From Eukaryota sp. TZLM1-RC (Eukaryota > Protista > Metamonada: BaSk clade): a stretch of DNA of 64,000 nt. The notes under the pieces are model-generated. The model was not told the origin of the DNA. It searched no databases and worked only from the letters and a program-made list of their open reading frames with translations. Position 1 is the stretch's first letter, and each line of letters begins with the position of its first letter. The position numbers and the translations under genes are program-made. Shown in pieces: positions 14,297 through 26,050 of this stretch. Location of the stretch: assembly GCA_040285825.1 (NCBI GenBank), contig JAUPSS010000015.1, forward strand, positions 1 to 64,000, in the 5' to 3' direction.

Positions 14297-17200
14297 TTAA
14301 ACCAAGATTTCCTCTACAAAATCTTGATTTGCTTGCTGTCTAGCTAAAGCTTCTCTAATTCGATTGAAAAACCACTGAGTAATCTATTAATAATGGCAAA
14401 TTGAGTCCGTGAACGCCATAAAAAATATCAAATCTTTTTCATTGTTTTTCTTTTCACCATTTTTGGAAGTCATCCAAAAAGTTTCTGCTTCAACTGATAA
14501 TCTTCCATTTATCGAAAATGGGAAAGCAATAAAAACCAGCTGTGTATTTCTATCGACATTTGCATCTTCAATTTCTTTATCATATTTTTCTATGTTTTTT
14601 CTTTTGCTTTTAAAAATCCAGAGCAGCCACAGGATTAAGTTTTTCTTCTGTGAACCAAAGTATCGTTTTGCAACATTACATGAGACAAAGTCAACAATAG
14701 CTTCAGAATTATCAATCCAATCACAGTATACATCACCTCTGTCATCAGAACCAAAATTATTCAGAGAAAGTGTTTCCTTCAGCAGGGGCTCTTTGATACA
14801 CGATATCCTAGCAGTTTGTGCCATATTGAAAACAGTGTCTCTAACAGCATCATGTAATGAAGAACGATAAGTTATCAATTTAGAGCAATTTAGAGCATGG
14901 CGCAAAGTGAGTTGAGGTGAATTCGAACAAATACATTTTTCTTTTGATAATAATTGGTTAATGGGGATGTTCAAATATAATCTCATTTTTGTTACAAATG
15001 CTTCATTAGTGGCACACAATCCAAATCTTCGTGGTACAATGGTTACAAAAAGTGAAGAATCTGACGCCTTGTTTTCACAAACACCCTTTTCCAATAACAA
15101 TGAGTGAAGATCTTGATTTAAAACAGCCGAGCTGCAAATATTATTATAAAGATCTTTTTCATACATTCCAGTCAATCTTTTCTGTAATGTTCGAAGAGTG
15201 TACTTCAAATTTAAAACATTTTTCTGGAATATTGCCATTGAATGATTGGGGAAAACATCGACCCCATTTTTTTCTACATCAATTCTTGAAATTTCTTCAT
15301 TTAATGCAAAAACAGTGGAACTTTGCGTTGTCATCAATAAATCTTCCCAATCTGCAAATCTTTCGGAAAACTCAAAGATTGCATTTCTGCATCCACCAAC
15401 AAAAGCACACGAGGTAAGAATAGAAGCCTTCGTCCACCCTAAACCACCATAATGTGGACTAAGGTAAGCATGATCTGGAATTTGACACATTTTACATCCC
15501 AGTAATTGAGACAGAACTTTTTGCACGTAACTCATTAAACTTTTTGAGCCAAAGGTCTAGTGACGAGAGGATTTGTAGATCGAAATATATGATTAAAATT
15601 GGAACTAAAACACAGTCTTATAATGGTAAATTTGATGTGTTTTTTTATATCTAAATTCATCATTCGGTCAATTTTGTCAGAAATTGAGTTCAACTTTTCA
15701 AACAATTTTTTGGTAATTTCATCATTATTTCCTAAAAACGAACCCAAATGACGAATAGCATCAATTGAATATAATTTGGCTTGAATTTCAATATCATCAA
15801 TTATTGTGGAAACTGGAGAATTCGATAACAAAACACATTTAAGTAAATTAAGTCGGAGACCAATTTTTTTTTAACTAAAACTTTTTATTCAACAACAAAT
15901 ATGAAATACACAATTAAAACTCCACATCCTCAAAACCTGCCTCCCCTACATCAAAACAATTAATCGCTAAAGATTCAGAAAATTTCCCAAAAGAAGATAG
16001 TGAATCAGAAATTAGTGTTACCATTCCCTTAAAAATAGAAAATACAATCCTGTTTTGCCAGTAAACACGATTGAAAATTCTTCCAGTTCTTTTCCTTTTA
16101 CAACTACAACAAAATCCTCAAGGAAAGCCATAGCAGCCTTACCTAGAGATCCAAGCAAAGAAAAACAAATGGACATAAATTATATTGGGCATGAGAATTT
16201 TCATTAACCGAGGAAATGGGTTTTCGCATATTTAGCAATTTTATATTTTTCGCCTGCAAGAAGAGGATTATTTACATCCGAGTTAATGAAATGTTCGTTA
16301 GAAGAATTACAAGGGTCAATAGACATGGCGTCCAAAATAGTAAAACTACCATTTAAACCGGGAACAACTAGATCACCTCTAGTCAGACCCATAGAAGCTC
16401 TGTTGTAACGCATACTATCAATATTGGGATCATCAAGAATTAATTTTTGATAACAGCGGTTCTAAAAAGGAATCTACACGATATGATTTGCACATTACAT
16501 AAATTTGGTCCCTGACGTTATTATGCACTTTGCTTCTAAACGTAATGAAATGTTTACAGTTCAAAAGATGAGTAAACAAAGAGGTTTACCACATTTACAA
16601 GTTAAATGATTGGGCAAATTGTTTGGCCACAGAAAACAACGAAAAACGCATGTTTAGAAGCCATTCATTGTCTTTTAACAAAAAGTCCATAAACAGAGGG
16701 AACTTGAGTTACTAAAGCAGCAGCTGAACTATCACGAATATCCTTTAAAAAAATTACCGAAAGCGGGATTTTTAGTTTTGGCCAAAGCCAAGTCTAGACC
16801 AATTTTGGTAAATAATTCTTTAAAACATACAGTTGCTTTTTTCACAATATTTAAATCACCAATAAGCACAACATCATCCATATATGCAATCATTTTTAGT
16901 GAAGGAAACATCTCTTGAATTTGCAGTAGAATAGGATGAATGGCCAAACAAAACAAAAAGAGGTCCTAACGGATCTCCTTGCTTTACGCCACTTGATGAA
17001 CTCAAAATGTTGTTACCAAAATGTAAATTAGAATATGTGCAATATGTTGATTGAAAATATGGTATTAATTCCGGCATATATTGCAATAGAGCACCATGGA
17101 TACTGCGACGACTTAGTGAATTGAAAGCATTACTAAAATCCAATGACATGCAAACATTGGATTCATTTTGACGAAATAAGACATCAGTAGCAAAAAAATC

Positions 17201-18452
17201 GCTGAAGAGACTCCATCTGTAGTATTTATACCATATTGAAAGGGTAATAAAAATCTTTTTAGCTTTTTCATTGAACCCTGCTTAAGCAACACGCAGAAAA
17301 AAAATATTGTGTAAGCTCTCAGAGACTGCAATAGGAGGAACATCCATTTTTTTGAATTTTTGACAAGTGCAGTCAAACGAGAACTTCTTAATTCTTCTGG
17401 GTATTTGCGTTGACCAGATAATATTTGGTTGAAAAAAATTTGGTCAATAAACCAAGGCAATCTTCTGAAGAAATAATCGCGGCTTTTACATGATCAATAG
17501 TAATACCAGAAAGTCCGGCAGACTTACCACGAGGTCTCTTTTTTGATAACCGAAAAAAACTTCTGATGGCATCAATGGATAATTTTCCCAGTATGTGCCG
17601 TAAAAATTTTGATCCATTATAGGGTCTTCATAAGGATGAAGTATTTTTCAGTTTATCTATTGTATTTTCATTGTTCGGTGCTTTAACTCGGGACTTAAAG
17701 CTGACAAAGCCTTGGACCATTTGTTGTCAAAGCATTTGTCTTCAAAAATTTTACTTAATTTCTCGGATGACTGATTTCTCGGTGCTATATTAGTTAAATC
17801 TTCGGAAATATTAACAAAATTTTGTTCAAAAGGAGGACAAAAAGAACCAAAAAATTCCCAAATAATATTGATAGCATACTTTCCTTTACATAATTGATCC
17901 AAAAATCTTTGAAAAACGAAAGCAAATTCATTGCATTTGGTCGGATGAATTTCTTGAGGTATTCTTATAGGAGGATGGTAGTTATCAACTATGCGGCATT
18001 TCAAGCAGCGGTCAGAAGTTTTTCCTTTTGCATTTTTTCTAAAAGAAATACCACAAGTGTTGCAAGTTTTGTGCTTTAAACGGTTGCAAACTGGTTTTGC
18101 AACAATTTGTGGAGCATTATTTATGGGTTCTACCTTAGACTCTTTCCTTCTAATAAATTTTCTTTTACATTTTGGTTCAGAATTTGCCGCATCATTTTTT
18201 CCAACATTGGGGCATGTTCGAGCATTATGTCCCTGTTGTCGACACTTTGAGCATCTGTAGGAGCGTGGCTTTGTTTTTGAACAAACTTTGTTTTTCATCG
18301 TGATTGTCTAAAAAAATTCTTGATCAGAATTTTTGTCCAAAAATAAAGAGAGAAGAGGTTGAGGAGGAGAGGTGGAAAAGGACGTCTTGAGCATCTTGTT
18401 GACTATCGTTCTTTCTTTTGACTCCATTAGAATCAGAAACTGATTCAGGCAT
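14297..18452 (-). pseudogene. Family C single ORF (CCHC knuckle, C4 finger, RT, CCHC, RLE; ~1070 aa net), interrupted by D and by homopolymer frameshifts
   Basis: Pieced from ORFs 17657-18298, 17113-17460, 16874-17149, 16732-16956, 15535-15831 and 14387-15535; start MPESVSDS at 18452 is inferred; ends ..DFVEEILV as in the 31050 copy. Confidence 0.75.
15868..16795 (-). mobile_element. Family D, 5'-truncated, inserted in the family C RT (one copy in window)
   Basis: TSD agaccaatttt at 15857-15867 and 16796-16806; RGDLVVPGLNG..KIAKY; ends FDVGEAGFEDVEF stop (15914-15916), AATAAA, poly(A). Confidence 0.88.
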
Positions 18453-18767
18453 CAACAAGAAAGAATAGAAGCAATGATCTCGGTTCAGCCAGGTTTTAAG
18501 TTAAACGGTTATATGTAGAGGAAAAAAAATAGAGAAAAAATCTAGAGAATTCAAATACAAAATTTTTTTCCACCACCAATAAATGCAGCTTTGGTCAAAT
18601 ATTTTGATGAATTGAATCCAACACCTTTTTACAATCATTTCAAAATCATCCAAAAAACGTAAAGCAGTTGGTGCAAGTGAACCAAAAAGGGAAAGTACAA
18701 ATGGATACAAATTGTATTTTGCATGCTGTAGACTGGCCAATTTGGACAAGGTTCATTGTATTTTGTT

Positions 18768-19957
18768 AATGAAAAATTTTAATTTATTATTAAACTACAG
18801 TCTAAAAGTCAATATCTTCAAAACAAGCTTCCACACCATCAAACCTCACAACAGCAATTTCTTCGTAATGTGCACTGACAGACATCAAAGCTTTCGAAAT
18901 CATTTTTAGGAATTGATTTGAAAATAGTAAAAACAATACGATTTAGCCACAAGCGACGATCAAAACGCTTATTCATTCTTCTTTTTCACAAGATTTTTCA
19001 AAATCATCAATAAAAATTCATAGCAGTTTTTTTCCAAGACGACCATACAACGATATAGCAAATGGGCGAATTTGGTAATCTACATGGCGAACATGTTTCA
19101 ATTCTTTTAAAGGATTTGCATATTTTTTCCGTTTGTACAATTCGGAGTCATCAAGGGGGGATACTTCAGATTGAGCATTTTTCAAGGCATTTTTCTTGCA
19201 AACATCCACTGTTACGACATCAACAACATTCATGACATCATCAAACGAGGGCACAACAACATCAGCACGTCATTTTCCATATTCTGAATCTCTTGCGCTT
19301 TCATTTATATCAAGAGACCTCAACAAAGGTTCTACAAAAGATTCAATATGATAGGAATTACACATTGCATGGATTTGATCTCTGACTGCATCATGCAACG
19401 TAGAACGATAGGAAATAAATCTATTACAATTAAATAAATGTGATAATGTTAAACCAGCTCCACATTTGCAAAACAAATCATTGGGCAAATTACAAGGCCA
19501 TAAATAACAACGCATTCTCATAGCAGTGGTCCATTGGTCGTCATTCAAAAATAGGACAAAAATCTGGGGAATTTGATTTATCAAAACTGTCCTTCAAATC
19601 AATCAAAAATTTGCAAAAAGCAGGATTTTTCTTTCTTAGCCGTGCTAAGTCGAACAATAAAATCCTTGCTTTCAAATTTTCTCTCAAAAGATGTCGTTGG
19701 AGCTTTTTTTCAACGCAAATTTTAATGAATACAAACTTCTGTCTGGAATTTCTTGAATGGATATGGGGAAACATGATTGCCATAAGTCGGGAGATAAACT
19801 GGATATTTCTTCTCTTAAGTTATCGAGGAATAAGCTATTTGTAGTTTCAAGAAGATTTTCGGCAAAGGATATCTTCTAGAGAATTCAAATACAAAATTTT
19901 TCCACCACCAATAAATGCAGCTTTGGTCAAATATTTTGATGAATTGAATCCAACACC
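18768..19957 (-). mobile_element. Family B 3' 1.2 kb, backbone unit
   Basis: GVGFNSSK to EDIDF; flanked by the A spacer on both sides. Confidence 0.88.
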
Positions 19958-20099
19958 TTTTTACAATCATTTCAAAATCATCCAAAAACCTAAAGCAGTT
20001 CGTGCAAGTAAACCAAAAAGGGAAAGTACAAATGGATACAAATTGTATTTTTGCATGCTGTAGACTGGCCAATTTGGACAAAAGGTTCATTGTATTTTT

Positions 20100-21309
20100 G
20101 TTAATGAAAAATTTTAATTTATTATTAAACTACAGTCTAAAAGTCAATATCTTCAAAAACAAGCTTCCACACCATCAAACCTCACAACAGCAATTTCTTC
20201 GTAATGTGCACTGACAGACATCAAAGCTTTCGAAATCATTTTTAGGAATTGATTTGAAAATAGTAAAAAAACAATACGATTTAGCCACAAGCGACGATCA
20301 AAACGCTTATTCATTCTTCTTTTTCACAAGATTTTCAAAATCATCAATAAAATTCATAGCAGTTTTTTTCCAAGACGACCATACAACGATATAGCAAATG
20401 GGCGAATTTGGTAATCTACATGGCGAACATGTTTCAATTCTTTTAAAGGATTTGCATATTTTTTTCCGTTTGTACAATTCGGAGTCATCAAGGGGGATAC
20501 TTCAGATTGAGCATTTTTTTCAAGGCATTTTTCTTGCAAACATCCACTGTTACGACATCAACAACATTCATGACATCATCAAACGAGGGCACAACAACAT
20601 CAGCACGTCGTTTTCCATATTCTGAATCTCTTACGCTTTCATTTATATCAAGAGACCTCAACAAAGGTTCTACAAAAGATTCAATATGATAGGAATTACA
20701 CATTGCATGGATTTGATCTCTGACTGCATCATGCAACGTAGAACGATAGGAAATAAATCTATTACAATTAAATAAATGTGATAATGTTAAACCAGCTCCA
20801 CATTTGCAAAACAAATCATTGGGCAAATTACAAGGCCATAAATAACAACGCATTCTCATAGCAGTGGTCCATTGGTCGTCATTCAAAAAAATAGGACAAA
20901 AATCTGGGGAATTTGATTTATCAAAACTGCAGATGAACTGTCCTTCAAATCAATCAAAAAAATTTGCAAAAGCAGGATTTTTCTTTCTTAGCCGTGCTAA
21001 GTCGAACAATAAAAATCCTTGCTTTCAAATTTTCTCAAAAGATGTCGTTGGAGCTTTTTTTCAACGCAAATTTTAATGAATACAAACTTCTGTCTGGAAT
21101 TTCTTGAATGGATATGGGGAAACATGATTGCCATAAGTCGGGAGATAAACTGGATATTTCTTCTCTTAAGTTATCGAGGAATAAGCTATTTGTAGTTTCA
21201 AGAAGATTTTCGGCAAAGGATATCTTCTAGAGAATTCAAATACAAAATTTTTTCCACCACCAATAAATGCAGCTTTGGTCAAATATTTTGATGAATTGAA
21301 TCCAACACC
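20100..21309 (-). mobile_element. Family B 3' 1.2 kb, backbone unit
   Basis: Near-identical to 18768-19957. Confidence 0.88.
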
Positions 21310-21451
21310 TTTTTTACAATCATTTCAAAATCATCCAAAAACCTAAAAGCAGTTCGTGCAAGTAAACCAAAAAGGGAAAGTACAAATGGATACAAATTGT
21401 ATTTTTGCATGCTGTAGACTGGCCAATTTGGACAAAGGTTCATTGTATTTT

Positions 21452-22238
21452 TGTTAATGAAAATTTTAATTTATTATTAAACTACAGTCTAAAAGTCAAT
21501 ATCTTCAAAACAAGCTTCCACACCATCAAACCTCACAACAGCAATTTCTTCGTAATGTGCACTGACAGACATCAAAGCTTTCGAAATCATTTTAGGAATT
21601 GATTTGAAAATAGTAAAAACAATACGATTTAGCCACAAGCGACGATCAAAACGCTTATTCATTCTTCTTTTCACAAGATTTTCAAAATCATCAATAAAAT
21701 TCATAGCAGTTTTTCCAAGACGACCATACAACGATATAGCAAATGGGCGAATTTGGTAATCTACATGGCGAACATGTTTCAATTCTTTTAAAGGATTTGC
21801 ATATTTTTTCCGTTTGTACAATTTGGAGTCATCAAGGGGGGATACTTCAGATTGAGCATTTTTCAAGGCATTTTCTTGCAAACATCCACTGACATTCATA
21901 ACATCATCAAACGAGGGCACAACAACATCAGCACGTCGTTTTCCATATTCTGAATCTCTTGCGCTTTCATTTATATCAAGAGACCTCAACAAAGGTTCTA
22001 CAAAAGATTCAATATGATAGGAATTACACATTGCATGGATCTGATCTCTGACTGCATCATGCAATGTAGAACGATAGGAAATAAATCTATTACAATTAAA
22101 TAAATGTGATAATGTTAAACCAGCTCCACATTTGCAAAACAAATCATTGGGCAAATTACAAGGCCATAAATAACAACGCATTCTCATAGCAGTGGTCCAT
22201 TGGTCGTCATTCAAAAATAGGCCAAAAATCTGGGGAAT
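21452..22238 (-). mobile_element. Family B 3' part (continues at 25469-25877)
   Basis: ORF 21489-22307 contains CKCGAGLTLSHLFNC and RRADVVVP. Confidence 0.88.
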
Positions 22239-25200
22239 ACGAATGGAATACGAATGGAATACGCCCAATTGCTGTTGGTGAATCTCTTTCTCATTTGCTA
22301 GCATCAATTGTCTTTGATCGTGTCAAAGACAAAGCTTCTACATTTTTGAATCCTCATCAATTTGGAATCAAAACAATTGATGGTGCTTCTGTTGCTGCTA
22401 TTGCCTCTGATACCTTTTTAATGCAGAGGAAAATAATTTTATTTTTAATCTCGACTTTAAAAATGCTTTTAATTCTGTAAAGCGAGAAGCAATTTTTGAA
22501 GTTATTAAATCTGATTTTCCTGAGCTATCGAGTTTTTCTACCATTTTTATGGGAAAGAATCAGATTTAATTTTTAATTCATTTGGTCTTAAATCATCTTC
22601 TGGAGTGAAGCAGGGAGATCCTTTAGGCCCATTATTGTTTTTGTTTAGCTATTCACAAAACTTTAAATATCATTAAGCAAAATACCCTTCTATAAAAATA
22701 GTTGCTTATATGGATGATATATCCTTGATTGGTTCATTTGATTTACTAGAATTGGTTGCTCAAGAAATTGCCGATTCATATGAAAATATTGGGCTTCATC
22801 TTAATGCCAGCAAATGCCTTCTGATTGGCTCTTCTGCTCAAGACCTCGTGATAAACGATTCTATTGTCCCTTTTACTAATTATAGTAGTGATGCTTTTTA
22901 AGTTCCTTGGTTGTTGGTTAGGAAATGTGCCTCAAATTCAGAATGAATTGCAAGTTATTTTGGAAAAAATGAAAATTGAACTTGATTCAATTTCTTCTTT
23001 AGATATAGAAAAGCATATTAAATTTTTCATGCTTAAAATTTGCTACACTGGGAGAATAACCCACATTTTGAGATCTTGTGCTCCTTCCATAGCATTAGAT
23101 TTTTGTCGTTCTTTTAATTCATTGAGAACAGAATTTTTTGCTGATTTATTGGATGTAGAACCAGGAATGTTGAAAAGCCATTTATTTTCTTCAGCAAATT
23201 TGGGTGGTATTGGTTTTACTAAATCTTCAATTTTGTGTCAATCAGCATTCTTGGGTGGTGGCAAAAATTTTATTTATGAATTTTCTCGTAGATTTCCTGA
23301 TGATTCTCATCTGTTAGTCCCCAATTGTAGCTCCTATCTTATTTCTTTGCAACAGGAAATTGAAACTCTTTCACCCAATATTTGGGCTAAATGTTTCCCC
23401 TCTGATATTGTGGAACTTCCTTCAAGAAGCTTGCTCTCCTTACCATTGACTTTTGCAAAATTGCAGAAAAAAATTTTGAAAGTTTTAGAAAACTTGGATT
23501 ATATTGTACGTCTTAGCTTGGCTAAGGAAAAAAATCCCGTTTTTGCAAACTTTTTGATTGATCTTGAAGACAGTTGCTCAAGTTGCTTAATCTCCCAAAT
23601 TCCCAACATTTACGGCCTTCTACTTAATGATCACCAATGGACCACTGCAATGAGATTGAGATGTTTTTCTATGGCCTTGCTCATTGCCAAATGATTTAAT
23701 TTGTCGCTGCAAGAGTGTTGTTACGCTTTCCCATATTTTTAAACTGTAAGTATTTCATAACTTATCGCTCACTTGTTCATGACTCAGTTCGTGATCAATT
23801 ATATGCCATGTGCAAAAGTTTCAATATAGAGGCATTTATTGAGCCACTAGTACGTAAGCTGTCTTCAGATCAAACTGATGATTCCTTTGGTAAAAGAAGG
23901 GCAGATTTAGTAGCTCCAGGGATCGATGGTGTTCTCAATGTTGTAGACGTTGTCTCAGTGGATGTTTGCAAAAATTCTGCTGCTCGTTTAGTGTATTCCG
24001 CTGACTCGCCGTTATCTAACGCCGAAAAAAAGAAGATAAAAAATATGAAGAACCTTTGGCACAGTTAGGTAGAGTGGAACATGTGAAATATCAGTTTGTG
24101 CCGTTTGCAATTTCTCTTTTTGGCAATATTGGACCTTCAGGCTTGCACTTTTTGGAAAATTTTAAAAAAGTGTTACTGAATAGGTCTGGTAAAACAATGA
24201 ACTCCACTTTCTGGTTAAATAGAATTGTTTTTGCATTTTCAAGTCTATTCCAACAATGATTTCAAAGGCACTTTTTAGCTATTGGTGTAGAATATGAACG
24301 TAATGCTGTGAGTAGGTTCAGTAATAGTGACGCTTGTTTGGAGGATATTGAATTCTAGATGGTTATTTTTATCTCAATAAATATTCCAGTTTTTAAAAAA
24401 AAATTGTAGTCCCTATTTGTATGAGTTATCTTGTGAACTTGAAAAATTACCGCCACAAATTTGGACCAAATGTTTTCCTCAATCAATTCAAGAAATTCCA
24501 AACCGATCTCTATTTAATTTACAGTTTTGCTGTAAAAAGCTTCAACAAAAATTGTCAAAGATTTTTGAAAGCTTGGATTTTGATGTTAGACTTGGCTTGG
24601 CCAAGAAAAAGAATCCCGCTTTTTGCAAATCTTTTACAAGATATGTGTGACAGTACTTCTTCTGCCTTAGTAACAACAATTCCACAAGTTTATGGTACTC
24701 TCTTATCCGATTCTGCTTGGACTCTGAATATGAGATTTCGTTCCTTTATCTGGCCTGATAATTTACCTCATAATTTAATTTGTAAATGTTCTCGAGAAAT
24801 TACAACTACTCATTTGTTAAATTGTAAACATTTTATTACTTTTTAGAAGCAAGGTTCATGATGCTGTAAGAGACCAGTTATATTGTATGTGTAAATCTCA
24901 TAGAATTGAATCCTTCTTGGAACCTTTGTTGTCAAATCTGTTTGATGCTGAAAATGATTTTCATAAGAATAATAGAGGTGATGTCATATTACCTGGATTA
25001 GATGGAAGCTTCATTTTATTGGATGTAATGTCTGTTGATCCTTGTAATGCCTCAAATGAAAGGCTTGTTAATTCTGAAATTCATAATCCCCTTTCAAATG
25101 CTGAAAATTTTAAATTCAAAAAAATACAATGAACCTTTGTCCAAATTGGCCAGTCTACAGCATGCAAAATACAATTTGTATCCATTTGTATTTTCCCTTT

Positions 25201-25468
25201 TTGGTTCACTTGCACCAACTGCTTTACGTTTTTTGGATGATTTTGAAATGATTGTAAAGAGAAGATCTGGCAGAAATTTCAACAGATTGTTTTGGCAAAA
25301 TAGAATTGTGTTTTCTATTTTTAAGGGGATGTTGAAGATGGTTTCTGATGCTTTGCTTTCTCTTGGATCTCACTATGAGAGAGTTGCATCTAGTGTTTTT
25401 GTTTTGGGAGAGATGGATTTTTTAGATGTTGATTTATAGGTTTAGAATAAAATTAAATTTAAATAAAA
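22239..25468 (+). mobile_element. Family A, 5'-truncated, inserted antisense in B, carrying an E insertion
   Basis: TSD aaaaatctggggaat at 22224-22238 and 25469-25483. Confidence 0.9.
23331..24401 (+). mobile_element. Family E, 5'-truncated, inserted in frame in family A (one copy in window)
   Basis: TSD aattgtag at 23323-23330 and 24402-24409; RRADLVAPGIDG; ends SDACLEDIEF stop (24356-24358), AATAAA, poly(A). Confidence 0.88.
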
Positions 25469-26050
25469 AAAAATCTGGGGAATTTGATTTATCAAAACTG
25501 CAGATGAACTGTCCTTCAAATCAATCAAAAAATTTGCAAAAGCAGGATTTTCTTTCTTAGCCGTGCTAAGTCGAACAATAAAATCCTTGCTTTCAAATTT
25601 TCTCAAAAGATGTCGTTGGAGCTTTTTCAACGCAAATTTTAATGAATACAAACTTCTGTCTGGAATTTCTTGAATGGATATGGGGAAACATGATTGCCAT
25701 AAGTCGGGAGATAAACTGGATATTTCTTCTCTTAAGTTATCGAGGAATAAGCTATTTGTAGTTTCAAGAAGATTTTCGGCAAAGGATATCTTCTAGAGAA
25801 TTCAAATACAAAAATTTTTTTCCACCACCAATTAATGCAGCTTTGGTCAAATATTTTGATGAATTGAATCCAACACCTTTTTACAATCATTTCAAAATCA
25901 TCCAAAAACCTAAAGCAGTTCGTGCAAGTAAACCAAAAAGGGAAAGTACAAATGGATACAAATTGTATTTTGCATGCTGTAGACTGGCCAATTTGGACAA
26001 AGGTTCATTGTATTTTGTTAATGAAAAATTTTAATTTATTATTAAACTAC

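Larger units (their letters stand above)
14236..18540 (-). mobile_element. Family C, apparently full length, second copy, carrying a D insertion
   Basis: TSD tctagagaattc at 14224-14235 and 18541-18552. Confidence 0.9.

Noticed and set aside
7494-18552. Sequence-specific targeting of tctagagaattc by family C
   Set aside because: The two cases are one duplicated event, and the third C insertion (30988) has an unrelated TSD
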